Assembly: GCA_963733675.1 (NCBI GenBank)
Contig: CAVTET010000003.1
Location: 128,001 to 192,000 of the forward strand
Reading direction: 5' to 3'
Source of the DNA: an uncultured Methanosarcinaceae archaeon
Lineage (GTDB): Archaea; Halobacteriota; Methanosarcinia; Methanosarcinales; Methanosarcinaceae
DNA length: 64,000 nt
Shown one piece after another: positions 36,530 to 49,345 of this stretch. Both the position numbers and the translations under genes were made by a program. The stretch's first letter is position 1; each line of letters begins with the position of its first letter. A model generated the notes under the pieces. The model saw only the letters and a program-made list of their open reading frames with translations, was not told where the DNA came from and searched no databases.

Positions 36530-37070
36530 CGAAATAAAATTTCTTGCCTGGTAAATTTGACTTATTACTGAAGTCAGATCTCCACTCACTGAGCTACAAT
36601 AGTTTTGGAGTTTAAAAAAACTTTGTTTTAGTATTCAGAAGTACATATGGCATAAAAATATAACATATAATTGTCCTTAAAGACAGATGAACAAAGAGTC
36701 AATCTGATCCAATATATGGATAAGTTTTATCATCAAACAATTTGACTCAACCGATCTGAAGCTGGCTCGTGCACAGTGGCATCTTTATATCTTCCTTTTA
36801 AAAACTTGCCTGGAGTACAAACCACACATGATGGAAATGACTTTTTCATTTAAGGAAAAAAACTAGTAGTATCTATTGCCAGCACCTCTGCTGTTTCCCA
36901 GAAGATTCATTATGAAATTAACTTTTTTCAAGACATCTATGAGAGTATGAAAGAAGGCTGCATAAGAGGCGATAAATAAATTTAATTCTTCATGCAGGTG
37001 GTAGGGGAGCTCAAATCTTTGATTTTGAGGATATTGAAAAGAATATTAGGAAATTTAGCAACTTGTGAGT
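36530..37070 (+). pseudogene. DUF366-like gene, heavily decayed
   Basis: Fragments SQIS..YNSFGV, DLKLA and GKKLVVSIASTSAVSQKIH, in the expected position upstream of queE. Confidence 0.6.
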
Positions 37071-37077
37071 TTTATAG

Positions 37078-37845
37078 ATGTCCACCTCAAACTATAAATT
37101 CGCTCCTATAAAGGAGGTATTCTGCTCTGTACAGGGAGAAGGCCCATATGTAGGCGTAAGGCAGGCTTTTGTTCGCTTTTCTGGTTGTAACCTTACTTGC
37201 AACTATTGTGATACGGATTTTGAAGTTATAGATACCTGCGATTACGAGAAGATGGAAGGAAGTGGAAATTTTGAAAAAATTCCGAACCCTGTAAGTATCA
37301 AAAAACTGGAAGCTATGTTGCAGCCTTTCAAAAAGATCCATTCAGTGTCCCTTACAGGAGGAGAACCTCTCTTGAATGCAGATTTCATAGAAAAACTAAA
37401 TTTGTCCTTACCACTTTACATGGAATCCAATATGACTTTACCTGAACAGGCCAGAAAAATTAGTGAGAAGGTCACTTATGTTGCCGGAGATTTCAAACTT
37501 CCTGAAACCATCCAGAATATTAGCCCTGAGACCTGGGAAGCACATGTGGAAAATTCAATAGAGTGTTTCATGCTTCTGAGAAAAACTAATTCAAGAGATT
37601 GTTTTTGCAAAATAGTTGTAAGCAAAGATACTAAATTTGAAACCGTAATCATGGCTGCAGAGGCTATAGCAACGTATGTATCTTGTTTAATTCTCCAACC
37701 CGAAACTCCAATTGGCAACGTGGCAACAACTCAGCAGTTTACGAAAGCTTCAGTAAAAAAAATCCTGGAACTGCAGAAAAGTCTGCTTGAACTTACTGAC
37801 ACACGAATAATTCCTCAGACCCACAAGCTGTGGGGATGCTTATAG
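37078..37845 (+). CDS. queE: 7-carboxy-7-deazaguanine synthase (radical SAM)
   Basis: [27 protein letters not shown]. Confidence 0.92.
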   Translation: MSTSNYKFAPIKEVFCSVQGEGPYVGVRQAFVRFSGCNLTCNYCDTDFEVIDTCDYEKMEGSGNFEKIPNPVSIKKLEAMLQPFKKIHSVSLTGGEPLLNADFIEKLNLSLPLYMESNMTLPEQARKISEKVTYVAGDFKLPETIQNISPETWEAHVENSIECFMLLRKTNSRDCFCKIVVSKDTKFETVIMAAEAIATYVSCLILQPETPIGNVATTQQFTKASVKKILELQKSLLELTDTRIIPQTHKLWGCL

Positions 37846-38030
37846 CCTTATTATAATGAAGATACATTTTAATACCTTTTGGGATTGCCAAAAGTTACCA
37901 TTAATTTAACTAGCAATTGACTGCAATCAATTCAAAACTTTGAAAATAATAAAAAAATTCTTAATGAGGGAAGGATAAAAAAGGGAACTTTATAATAGAA
38001 AAACTTTTTGACTGAAATGGAGTACATAGG

Positions 38031-38384
38031 ATGACAAAAATGAGATTAGGAGTCATTGACCACATCGACAGTGCCCATTACCTTCCAGGACATGGAAAAT
38101 GTGGGAGAGTACATGGCCACACGTATAAAATAGAGGTCTTAATAGAGGGAGAGGTACAGGAAAATGGGATGATAATCGATTTTTATGACCTGAAAAGAGG
38201 TGTAAAAGAAACTCTTCAGGAGTATGATCACATTTTATTAAACGAACTAATAGAGTTCCCTAGTTCTGAATATATCTGCCAGAGCATTCACTCAAACCTT
38301 CTGGAAAGGTTCGGTTTCCCTCTGAAGGTAAAGGTTTGGGAGGGGGAATGCAAATGGTGCGAAATGGATAATTTCTCAAAATAA
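38031..38384 (+). CDS. queD: 6-carboxytetrahydropterin synthase
   Basis: SAHYLPGHGKCGRVHGHTY, DF..LK, DH..LN, VWE. Confidence 0.93.
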   Translation: MTKMRLGVIDHIDSAHYLPGHGKCGRVHGHTYKIEVLIEGEVQENGMIIDFYDLKRGVKETLQEYDHILLNELIEFPSSEYICQSIHSNLLERFGFPLKVKVWEGECKWCEMDNFSK

Positions 38385-38544
38385 AGGGACTTAGAAATTG
38401 TTATCACTTTCCCATCATATTACCCAGATATTTTTTTGGTTTTATCCAATCAATTTGGGTATAAATATTTAATAGATGCTTATTTTATTTTTCGAAGATA
38501 AAAAATTAATATGAGAATTTTTTTAAGCTACCTTTGTACTATTA

Positions 38545-38965
38545 AATGGAACTAAGTCATGCAAAACATTGCATTTATGGAAATAGGACACCACGTTGTT
38601 TTTTCATATGAAGTATCTGAATTTTATTAGTCAATGAAATAATCAATTGTTTGAAATTAATATGCTTTGAAATTGTTAAAATGGAGTGTTTTGAGTTTGA
38701 TTCAATCCCTACTAAGGATGATCATGTACATCTTTTCGTTGGGGCTGAACAAAAATATTTTATTTTAAGAGTGGTGCAGATTATATAAATGTATCACACC
38801 AAGAGGAATCTTTAAAGAATGCCCTGAGATTAAAAAACAATTTTGGGATGATTAACTGTTGGTGATGGTAAAACCTCCTATATCATTAAAGAAATTATGT
38901 TGAAAATCTGGAAACCAGGAAGAAGAAATTTATAAGCAAATGAAAATGTTTGATTTAGAATAATT
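38545..38965 (+). pseudogene. IS200-family TnpA (Y1 transposase) remnant
   Basis: DDHVHLFVGA HUH motif, IFKECPEIKKQFW. Many frameshifts. Confidence 0.75.
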
Positions 38966-39384
38966 CCTTTATATCCAGAGTGGAAGCATGAGCATACCTA
39001 ATTGCCTGCAGCTGGATTCGGCATCGAAATTTTAAGAGCTCTGTGCTTGTGGAGAATCACGAAGCCTGCATCCATTAGATCGAGCTTAAACTAACACTCA
39101 CCTTCTTTTGTTTCGTGTAACTCACTAAATTATCACTCCTTTTTAAAATGAGTTTGCTTTTGGCACCATCATCAGAGGCGGTATCTTACCTTTGACCGAG
39201 ATCTGCATCAGATCATCTATCACATATTTTTGGTGCCCACGTATTGATACAATATAATTATGATTTACCTTTCATTTTTTTCTTTGCGGAACTCGGTCCA
39301 AATTTTTCTCTCGAATTTATTTATTTGAACAGATTTTTATTCTGGCTCATTATTTTTTGATTTTAAAGATAGTTTCCGATGTCC

Positions 39385-40387
39385 TCAAAATACTCCATTT
39401 ATTTTCAATGTCATCATTTATAGAAATCATAAAAAAGCTGTACACAACATCTTTAGATTCACTCTTTGAATAGTAATGACTAAACTTTTTCACTCTGAAT
39501 ATCTTTTTAGTTACTGCACAAACTCTTTCACATAGAGCTCTTGTAGAGCTGATCTTCTGTCTTCTTAATTATATCAATCATTCCAAGAAAACACTCTTTA
39601 CTGCTCTTTTCATTGTTGAATCATAACCTTTTGATTTTGCTCCAAAGTATCATATATCCTTGTAAGTAGCCTAATTGTTACTTATTAATCCAACTAGAAT
39701 CAGGATGTTGTGCAGTTGTCGTTTTGAATCTTCTGATCAGTTCATAGTCCCTGTCACTTATGCTATGCAGTTTGTGCTCAAAGTATGATTTATCGTTTCT
39801 TACCTAAGTTCAATCTCTGGTTGCCTTGTTTTTCCTTCATTTTTCTCGAGGTTGATCCGCTTTTGTATAGACAGAATCTGAATGGATAAAAGTAGCGTCC
39901 TTAATCTTTCCTTTATTTATTTTCAAACCAAGGTACTCAAATTGGCATTTCAAATTTCCCATATTTATTCTTCTTTGCAGTCACCAATAATTTTTTCCTG
40001 AATAACCAGATTGTGTTACTGTTTGCTATTTGCTCAGGAAAATTGTGATATTTTCTGAAAGAAATTCAATCAATACTTTGTATCTCAAGTTCAAAGTCTG
40101 AAAGATCACTTCATTACTGTAAAATTAGTACTTTTAACATAATTATTAATTCAGCTTCAGGTCTGCCTCAGGAAACTGTTTTGTTAAGATATATAGATTC
40201 AAAAATGATACAAACAGATTTCCAATAAATTAAGAAATTAATCTTAGAAAGTTTGTCTCCAACTTACTGAAGAAGTGTTTATTCTTCTTTAATAGCAAAA
40301 TCAATAAAAGTTTTCATGAGTAAAAATTATTGTTGAGATATCTAAAATATCCAATGCTCAAACACATCAAAATTTATCGAAATTCTC
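39385..40387 (-). mobile_element. IS5-family (IS5 subgroup) element, decayed
   Basis: ATG at 40317 (MKTFIDFA..), GRP..IMLKVLILQ, DLSDFELE, IKDATF. End GAGAATTTCGATAAA with adjacent TA. Confidence 0.8.
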
Positions 40388-40637
40388 TATGATCTTCAGT
40401 GGGATAGGCTATACTCCATAGAAGCTCTTATAGCCAGTTCTCAGTGTGTTAATTGTTTTTAAGAGATATTGACTCCTTGGATATATTCCTAGCCTGAATG
40501 TGGGAAAAACTATGATCATGTTTTAATTCTGTGGTCAAAATAGAAAACGCTCACAGGAAATAAGACCTTCAAGAAGCCGCATAACTTGCTTTCGGTTGAT
40601 TGACGATTATGTGATAAACTGAAAGGAATCGAGTAGA

Positions 40638-40725
40638 GAGGATTTCGACAGATTATTTCATTGAGTCATATGCTTATAAACGAAATATAAATAATCATGA
40701 AAATCAGATGTTTATCGAAATTATT
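40638..40725. mobile_element. ~90-bp palindromic MITE, copy B
   Basis: GAGGATTTCGACAG..TCATATGCTTATAAA..TGAAAATCAGATGTTTATCGAAAT. Confidence 0.7.
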
Positions 40726-40774
40726 TATTTTTTAATATATTACTAATTTGAGCGATATAAAAGAAGTGAACTAA

Positions 40775-41036
40775 ATGTTGAAACAATCATCTAGTAGAAT
40801 TAAAAGAGTAAGGGCATTTTTTTAGCAGTCCTTTTTGTAATCTCTGTGACAGCAGTGGTAGCTAGTGCAGATCACGACCATGGCCATTGGTGGCATCATG
40901 ACCACAAAGATTTGGACTACGGCCACTGATGGCATTATGACCACAAAAATTTGGACTGAGACCATTTGTGACATCTGATGATTGTTGGGTACGAGACCCT
41001 TTCTACCAACAATTAGTATGGGCCTGCAACCAGTGA
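40775..41036 (+). pseudogene. small secreted His/Trp-rich repeat peptide, disrupted
   Basis: Leader MLKQSSSRIKRVRA..AVLFVISVTAVVASA, then a 39-nt repeat (GHWWHHDHKDLDY) at 40882-40974. Frameshift in a T7 run and TGA stops. Confidence 0.7.
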
Positions 41037-41798
41037 ATATGGATACCTGTAATAGATTCAAGTTTTAAAGTCAACTTTGCTTTTATTGCAATGTATCTAA
41101 AAATTTTTAAATTCTAATTGATTCTGTATTACTTTACTTCATCTCAAAACATAATACAGAGCCAATATCTTTATTTACAAAGCTTCTTTTTTAGATTTTC
41201 ATTTTATACATAGTTTTAATGTCTAAATTGGTGCATCAATAAGACAATCAGAACAGAAGTTGGATCAGTATAACCATCGGCTCTGCATCCAACTTTTTGC
41301 AACGAAGGTAAAGGATAAAGAGCCAACCATATTTTAGAAAAATTTAGTTAGAATATTTACAAGTTTAATTTATTTGATTTGTTCAGATAAAGTTCCTTTA
41401 TTTAAAATGCTATTGAATTCTGCTGGCTAATTTTAAGTGCTTTTTCATAGGCTTTTATTGATTTATTAGAATTGCCTAATTGGCTTAAAACATAATTATT
41501 TATACGTTAAAAATTGATGTCACCTCATAAATCAGCAGACCTTAACGTTACATATTCTGGATGTACTTTTACTAAATTCGCTATTTTTGTCTAGGTTTCT
41601 CCACTTTTTAAAGTATCAGCATGTGGGGAATATATTGAATTACCAAATGTAGCAGTATCATGTGTATACTTTAGCCCATCAATAATTCGAAAATCTACAC
41701 GAAAAAATAAAAAAAGAAATATGAATGAAATTTTTCGAGAAAGGTGATTAATAATTAAAAAAAAACCACTTAATCACTTTTCAATCAGGCTGCTAGCA

Positions 41799-41967
41799 TT
41801 ATAATGTGCAATTTTCTGATGTGAAATTTTCAAGACAAGGTAACCAGTTTATGAAAATATCTATGAAAGATCTAGCGTCACATCCACAGCCACAGTCACA
41901 TCCACAGTCACATTCGCATTCATAGTCACAGTTACCATCATGTGCGCTTACTGCTTTAGCTGTGGCT
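41799..41967 (-). pseudogene. Cys-rich (Cys-x)n peptide remnant lacking a start
   Basis: ATAKAVSA-HDGNCDYECECDCGCDCGCGCD.. open to TAA at 41799. Confidence 0.55.
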
Positions 41968-41984
41968 TTTTTATGAGGGTTTTT

Positions 41985-43025
41985 TCGTATATTTGTGTAT
42001 CATTTGACACTTTGATTGAATAACTTTAATTTATTTTTGGATGTATAGAGTAATTTATAGCTAAACTTGGAAAATTTTTGATTATAAATAAGTAAGCTTT
42101 ATATAAAACTTCATTAACTGGCTAGATAATTTTTGGATTATCAATCACTAGGAGCCAAGAAGGTCATAAAAACTGAATATCGTATGCTACAAAACAAAAT
42201 TGAAACATGATTATAAAGATAAAAAGGAAATCAACATGCATTCACTTGAAACTAGATATGGAGAAATGGATTTTTACATATATCAAGACGAAAAGATACA
42301 TATACATTTTACTGAAGAAGAAATTCATGAGTAAGAACAACTAAAGAAGGAATCAAAGAATAATATTAGATCATGGTGATTTCATAAATAATAAAAAATA
42401 ATTATTAATATTTTATTGTTTTTTGATTGCAAAAAAACTTATATGAGATTGTTTTTCGTTTCTAAACTATTTTTCACACAATTAATTTAAAATAACTATG
42501 AAGATAATCATGTATTGTAGTGTAGGCACCAGTACACATACAAACCATACATCAAAAGAAAGGGGAAATAGCCAGCAGATATGTAAATAAAGAATTGCTT
42601 GGAAGAGTTAGTCTTTTTTTGAATTCAATATACCTGCATCAGTATATACTCAACTCACAACTCTTCCAAGTTCTCCTTTATATTTTTTAATGCTCTTGAT
42701 TTGGTAGAATGTATAATTTTCTGCAAAATTTGCTCTTTACTATTTAATCTTCTTTTTTAATTATTATTCTGCGTGATTAAGATAGGGTTATAATAGATAA
42801 CAAGATGGTTTCCATGAATTATTGGGCCGTGGAGATTTTTTTGTTGATTTTTCGTTAATGACGACCATTTTATAAGAGTTGTTTAGTATATTCAAGTATC
42901 CTTTGACACTTTGGTTGAACAACTTGACTTCATTTTGGAATTTTTATATTAAATTATGGCTAAACTCGATTAATTTCTGAAAGTAAATCAGTAAATCTTT
43001 ATTAAATCTAATTAACCATCTAACA
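41985..43025. repeat. diverged direct repeat (~41985-42125 vs ~42885-43025)
   Basis: Shared TTTGACACTTTG.TTGAA.AACTT, GCTAAACT and ATTAAC blocks at matching spacing. Confidence 0.6.
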
Positions 43026-43180
43026 GTCAAATAGCAGATAGCCGATCAGATAATTTCATGAAGTTAAATTTGCGCACTTGAACCAAGTTCATAGTTCATT
43101 TACCATAAAAAAAAAGATTTGAATTGACAAACAAACACCCCTAAAATTCTATTAATTCTAATAAAAAAGTAGTGAAACTG

Positions 43181-43402
43181 ATGTTGAAACAATCATTTAG
43201 TAAAGCAAAAAAAGTATTGATTATTTTGCAGCAGTTCTTTTTGTAGCATCATTAACTGTTGGAGCATCAAGTGCATGCCATTCGCATGGACATCATCACT
43301 GTGGCAGCGCTTACTGCCATACATGTAGGCATGATGAGTGCTACCAATGGAGTATCTCGTCACAAATGTAGCAGCAATGGCGAAACAGTCTGTGAGTGCT
43401 AA
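43181..43402 (+). pseudogene. small secreted Cys/His-rich peptide, frameshifted
   Basis: Leader MLKQSFSKAKKVLII..AVLFVASLTVGASSA, then CHSHGHHHCGSAYCHTCRHDECY. Confidence 0.7.
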
Positions 43403-43908
43403 TTCTTGACTAATTTAAAGTTAAATCATGTTCTAAACTGTTTAAATACATGAAAATACCAGTTTACATCGAAAAAAGTATTATGTCTTCCATTGCGTGA
43501 ATATACTGGTATACATTGCTTGGCGCACACCATATGACTATTTGTTTGCAATGTATACCATCACCTGTTATTGCTTCGTATACTCACATATCCTACCGAG
43601 CGTCCATCACTCTCTTACTTTCTACAATATACAGTTATCCACTTAGTTATTTTAAATTAATTATACAAAAAATAGTTTGTGAATAAAATTTACTTCACCA
43701 TAAAATGTTTTAAAACCAAACGATATTTTTATATTAATTATATTTAATTGGGCACAACACTTGTGTTACATTATCGGTTTCGGCAACGATACATACCAAT
43801 TATAGTATCCATCTTTTTAGTTCCCTGCTACTTTCTCCAGTACAATTTCTGAGCAATTCTTGATCAATATTAGGGGCTTCTAAAGCTGAAAAAATCAATC
43901 CGTTTCTG

Positions 43909-44259
43909 ATGCTGATAAAGGACCCTGATATTCAACCAATTTTTAGAATGTATATCGAAAATGTTCTTGCTACTTCTGATTTACGAATTTTAAAACGGCT
44001 TGCAGCTTTAGAGACATGTATGGGTTTGAATGATTTTCAAGATTTAGAAGACGATCACCAGATAACAATACCTGAGCAGTTAACAATTTTAGCTCAAAGA
44101 ATAGATAACATTGAAGAAAATACAAAACATGAATCAATTGCAAATGATATTATAATTTCAGAAACGATAACTGAAAAGCGCGAAACTAAAGTAAAGCAAG
44201 AAAATGCCAAAAAGCACCTTTATATGCATCTAATTTTAAAAGTGAGACAAAAGATATAA
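43909..44259 (+). CDS. hypothetical protein, probably a truncated mobile-element gene
   Basis: 116-aa ORF with protein-like composition in an accessory region. No motif recognised. Confidence 0.4.
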   Translation: MLIKDPDIQPIFRMYIENVLATSDLRILKRLAALETCMGLNDFQDLEDDHQITIPEQLTILAQRIDNIEENTKHESIANDIIISETITEKRETKVKQENAKKHLYMHLILKVRQKI

Positions 44260-45356
44260 GAAATAAACTAATTCCCGCAAAACCGATTTATATCCCTAAG
44301 AGTTCGATTTGGTGAGTAAGCATCTTATGTATTTTAATTTCTTTAAACAATTTTTTTACACTAGTATAAATATACTTTTAAAAATTTAATATAGTTATTT
44401 TTTTCTCGTGAAGGAAGATACCTTAATAGATAAGCTGTTATTATTGGTAAAATAACACCAAGTAAAAAAGAAGTTACCAATGATTTATTGTTTAATGACC
44501 CATTGCTTAATGACCCGTCAAGAGTTGATATCAACTTTCATCACATTGCTCATTAGGACAATAATGTAAATATGTTTTTTGATTTATCAGCATTTTATAC
44601 ACTTGGTTTTCGAGACTTTTTTTATATCTTCTGGGATTGCACAATTTTTTCATTAATTCCACTAACAATAGCCTGCAATCAACCAAAACTAAACATAAAA
44701 AAAGTATTTTCTTTTCTAGAAATAGTTTTTACATTAAAAGCTCTGCATCGATGGGAAAATAAGAAACCGAATATTTATCAGTAAAACTATTAACTTTCCA
44801 TTAATTTCAACGAAGGACAAAATAATGAGTGCTGTAGAAGACTCAAATGAAATAGGGCAATACAGATGACCTTAAGGAATGTCATTATTGCCCCGAAAAT
44901 TAGAAGACTACCCCTTTTAAATTATCCATGGAGATAACATCTTTCAACATGAAGTTAACAACAATAAAATATTGTTTGTGCAGTTAGTGAGATCATCAAT
45001 CCGATACTTTTAAGCTGATTTTCCCCGAACTGTTTAACTCGTTCTACTAACAGACTGAGTAATCCCTGTTTTTCATTGGGAAGAAAAAAATACAAAATCA
45101 ACCACATTTATAGAACTTTCGGTACACTACCATTAAGATCGCAGTAAGCACCTTAACATTAACGGCTTACTTACAAAAGAATATTATTTATATATTATAA
45201 GATTATGTTAATCATTTATTATATACATTTCATTTATATAACAATAGTAGGGTAGAATTATCTAATATAGGAAAAGAATTTCTAAAAAATCTGACTCAAA
45301 AAGCCTAATGGCAAAGAGTTTTTGCGTCTATATTCTCAAACTTGAAGGGGAGTTGA

Positions 45357-46477
45357 ATGAATGGAAACCTGAGAAATTTCGGGCGAAAGAAAGCTGAAGA
45401 AACAGTTTTTCGCAATATAGAGGATTGGAAACATACCTTTGATGCTGTGCCAGACCTGATTGCCATATTAGACACTGAATTTCGAATTGTTCGTGCAAAC
45501 AACTCCATGGTAGCAAGTTTGGGTATGACACCAAAGGAGTGTATTGGATTGACTTGCTATCGGATTGTCCATGGAACGGATGAACCTCCCTTTTTTTGCC
45601 CGCACAGGCAGTTGCTTAGTGATGAGCTTGAACATACTGTAGAGATTTGTGAGGATTTTCTTGGTGGTTATTTTATAGTAAGCGTCTCGCCACTGCATGA
45701 TTCAGAGGGAAAACTCACTGGGTGCATTCATGTTGCCCGTGATATCACCAAGCGAAGAGAAGCAGAGGTAACTTTAAAAAAAGCATATGATAATTTAGAT
45801 AAGTTAGTTAAAGAAAGAACATGTCAGCTTGAAAAAGCTTATAGCTCGCTAAAAGAAAGTGAAAATGGGCTTGCTGAAGCTCAAAAAATGTCTCATATTG
45901 GGAATTGGGAATTGGATCTTATAACTGATGAAATATATTTGTCTGATGAATTGTATAGTATTTTTAAACACACTTCACGAGAATTAGTCTCACCTTACAA
46001 TGACTATTTAAGTTATGTAAACCCCAAAGATCTAGACCAGGTGGATAATGCCTTTAAGAAAGCTATAAATGGAGAACCCTGCAGTATTGATCATAGAATT
46101 ATCTTAGCTAATGGGGAAGAACGCACAGTCCATTTACAATCCGAAGCTATTTTTGATGAAAAAAAGATTCCTATGAGATTGCAGGGAACAGTTCAATATA
46201 TTACTGAACGTAAAAAAACTGAAGAAAAAATTCAGAGCTTAGCGAATGTTGTAGAATCATCAAATGATGCTATCCTTACTATGTCTCATGATGGTATTAT
46301 TACTAGCTGGAATAAGGATGCAGAGCAGATTTATGGTTATTCATCGGAAGAAATTATAGAAAAAGGTGTCTCGATACTCTCACCAGATAATCTCAAAGAA
46401 GAAACAAAAAAGCTAATTGAAAAGGTTAAACTGGGAGAGAGGATCCAACGTTACAGAACTTCAAGGTTAAGAAAAGA
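45357..46477 (+). pseudogene. multi-PAS sensor (histidine kinase N-terminus) truncated by IS6
   Basis: PAS/PAC repeats (FDAVPDLI, HVARDIT, HIGNWE, VESSNDAI). The frame runs into the IS6 TIR at 46478 and no kinase core is present. Confidence 0.88.
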
Positions 46478-47332
46478 GGTTCCGTTGCAAAAAATCCTTT
46501 CTAATGATACAATAGAATAAAAAGAAAACCAAAGATAGTAATATGCTATCTAATTCCTTTAAATGGAAGCATTACGAAGGAGAAATTATCCTATTGAATG
46601 TAAGATGGTACTTAAAATATCCATTGAGCTATATAAATTTAAAGGAAATGATGATAGAAAGAGGAATTCAAGTTGATCACAGTACTATAATGAGATGGGT
46701 GCATCAATATTTCCCTGAGATAGAACAAAAGATCAGAAGACATTTAAGACTAACAAACTATTCGTGAAGAGTTGATGAAACCTATATCAAAGTAAAAGGT
46801 AAATGGAAATATTTTTACCGAGCAGTTGACTCAAATGGAGAGACAATCGATTTCATGTTAAGTGCAAAACGAAACAGAAAAGCAGCGAAGAGATTCTTTA
46901 AGAAAGCTTTGAGTTCTAATCATAATCAAATTCCAAGAGTAATAACCGTTGATAAGAATCCAGCTTATCCACCTGCTATAGATAAACTAAAAATTGATAA
47001 AATACTACCTAAAAACGTAGGCATTCGACAAATCAAGTATTTGAATAACATTATAGAACAAGATCACAGATCTATAAAGAGAATCGTTAATCCAATGTTA
47101 GGATTTCAGTCTTTTCGATCTGCTAATAAGACTTTAAAAGGAATTGAAGCTATAAATATGATCAAAAAAGGACAAGTAATCGATTTAAATTACTCTGTTC
47201 TTAATGAAGTCAAATACATTAATCAATTATTTGGTATAGTTTTATAATGTTAGTACATTTTCCTTGAATGTTTTGATTTTTATTAATCACGTATAGATTT
47301 ACATATTTTGTTGAAGTTTTTGCAACGGAACC
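46478..47332 (+). mobile_element. IS6-family element, transposase with a premature TGA
   Basis: TIRs GGTTCCGTTGCAAAAA / TTTTTGCAACGGAACC, NYS*RVDETY, NNIIEQDHR. No target duplication. Confidence 0.95.
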
Positions 47333-47937
47333 GAAAGTGTTACTAATCTTGCTAAAGACATAATCAACTATGTCATTTGGGGGATATTTTAAGCTCAAGG
47401 TTTTCTCTCCGACCATATACAAACCTGACTGGCTTGATCGTTCTATTTGTAGTTACCATGCCAGTAGAAATGTAGATATGCCCTTCCAGGTGCCCTATCC
47501 AAGACAGTTGCTCTGGTGGAAATTTCATCAATCTCCACTTGTGAAAAACTGAAAAGTTCAGATATATACCTAGCTTGCCATCCTATAAAAAAAAAGTTAG
47601 GATCTTACAGGGGATTGATAACTACATATAGTCTTTTTCCGGTTGTTTTCTCAGCCTTATTTAGCGTCTCTCTAAGCAACTGAATGGAAAGATTGAATTA
47701 AAAAATAGAGAAAACTAAAAATAGAAAGATAAAATTATCAAAATGATCTGTAGTTGATGAAAATAGATTGTAACACAGCAAAAATAGTTAATATTACAAT
47801 ATAAAGTCATATGCTCATAAGTTTTGTCAAACCAACTGGGATGAAAATAGTACTGAGTTTAATCAGAAAATAATGTATACTGTCAAACTTAGGTATCATA
47901 GACACACTGTCAAATTTTCATTGACGATTTTAAAATT

Positions 47938-48795
47938 CTAGGGATTATTTCTGATCTTGTTCACAAGGTTTTTGATGGCCTCAGCAACCTGATATTCCGA
48001 GTCTCCCCAGTGGACAACAACTCCTTCAAAGCCGGAAATATTTACAAGGCCAGAATTTTCGGACCTGCAGCAACGCGTAATGAAAGGTCCTGATGGTACC
48101 AATATTTCGAATTCTAATGGACATATATTTATGAAGAAGTATTCAAGTTCCGGAAAGCGCATTTCAAAAATGGTCTTTGAGATCTCACACCCTACAAGCA
48201 GGTGTCCGTTTTCGACTAATATATCCGAATCCAGGTATTTTCCTTTGAGACCAGACGCGCTGCATGGAAAAACAGTATTTGGTCCTTCAAAATGTCGAAG
48301 GTCAATTAGCTTTTCAACAAAATGGACCTGCAGGTCACCGAAAATCCCACTGGCTTCAAGCCTCCTTACAACCATGGAGAGCCAGGAAGGCTCAGGGGGA
48401 ACGACGTCAAGTATCTCTATATGAATAATACTGGAAAGATCAGGTTTATGAACAAATGTAACGTGCTTATCCGAGCCTGTAAAAATTATAGTATTAACCT
48501 TGCCTGAGCAGAGGTTTACTGCAGTCTCAATCAGGAGGGTACGATTCCTTAGATTAAGTTCCTCATCATACTTCATCACTTCTTCTCCAGAGGCAATGAG
48601 TTCAAGGTATTCAACTTTTCTGAGCAGTCCTTCCCCGCTTTTTTTCACATAATAAACCTCATAATTGGTATTGAAGGTATCAGAATTTTCCTTTTCAACG
48701 ATGAGGTAATCAGTCAAAAAGTAAATAAGTTCTTCAGCAGCTGAATTAGTGGATAGCTTCATACCCACAAGTTTATATTCGTCAGGAAAGATCAT
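47938..48795 (-). CDS. conserved hypothetical protein with Cys motifs
   Basis: Intact 285-aa ORF (FPC, VGC, NICP, RCC, VVHWG) downstream of aksE. Confidence 0.75.
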   Translation of the reverse strand: MIFPDEYKLVGMKLSTNSAAEELIYFLTDYLIVEKENSDTFNTNYEVYYVKKSGEGLLRKVEYLELIASGEEVMKYDEELNLRNRTLLIETAVNLCSGKVNTIIFTGSDKHVTFVHKPDLSSIIHIEILDVVPPEPSWLSMVVRRLEASGIFGDLQVHFVEKLIDLRHFEGPNTVFPCSASGLKGKYLDSDILVENGHLLVGCEISKTIFEMRFPELEYFFINICPLEFEILVPSGPFITRCCRSENSGLVNISGFEGVVVHWGDSEYQVAEAIKNLVNKIRNNP

Positions 48796-48856
48796 AGGTA
48801 GCTGTTTTTTTGAGTGGTTATAATTCTTTCAAATAGGCCATATATCTAGTTATTCT

Positions 48857-49345
48857 TTACTTACTCTGAACTTTCTTCCTGTGAGCCACAAGTCCACCAT
48901 CAGTAAGTATCTCTAGTAGGAAGTCCGGCAGTTTGTTTCCTTTGAATATACTTTTCCCATAAACTTCAACCTCACCTTTTAACAAATCAACTCTGACCTC
49001 ACATACATCCTTACATTCGACATCTGCTTCCATGAGAGGCAATCCAACATTTATTGCATTTCTGAAAAAAATCCTTGCAAAAGACTTTGCGATAACGCAG
49101 GATACTCCGGCATATTTCAAAGCAAGGGGAGCCTGTTCCCTTGATGAGCCACATCCGAAATTGGTTCCTGCAACAATAATATCTCCCTGTTTCACTCTTT
49201 TTGCGAATTCTGGGTCAATGCCTTCCATTGCATGGGCTGCAAAAACCTCCATATTTTTGGTCCGCAGGTATTTTCCTGGGATAATCACGTCTGTATCAAT
49301 ATTGTCTCCAAATTTCCAGATCCTACCTATGATAGGATTTATCAC
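48857..49345 (-). CDS. aksE: homoaconitase small subunit (LeuD-family paralog)
   Basis: [22 protein letters not shown]. The YLRT loop is typical of methanogen homoaconitase small subunits. Confidence 0.8.
   Translation of the reverse strand: MINPIIGRIWKFGDNIDTDVIIPGKYLRTKNMEVFAAHAMEGIDPEFAKRVKQGDIIVAGTNFGCGSSREQAPLALKYAGVSCVIAKSFARIFFRNAINVGLPLMEADVECKDVCEVRVDLLKGEVEVYGKSIFKGNKLPDFLLEILTDGGLVAHRKKVQSK

Noticed and set aside
37078-38384. queE/queD as a 7-deazaguanine DNA-modification (dpd) system
   Set aside because: No dpd or tgtA-like genes nearby. Consistent with the ordinary preQ0/archaeosine pathway.
40882-40974. 39-nt repeats as a CRISPR array
   Set aside because: The units are tandem with no spacers, are a multiple of three and encode a peptide repeat. 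No cas genes are in the window.
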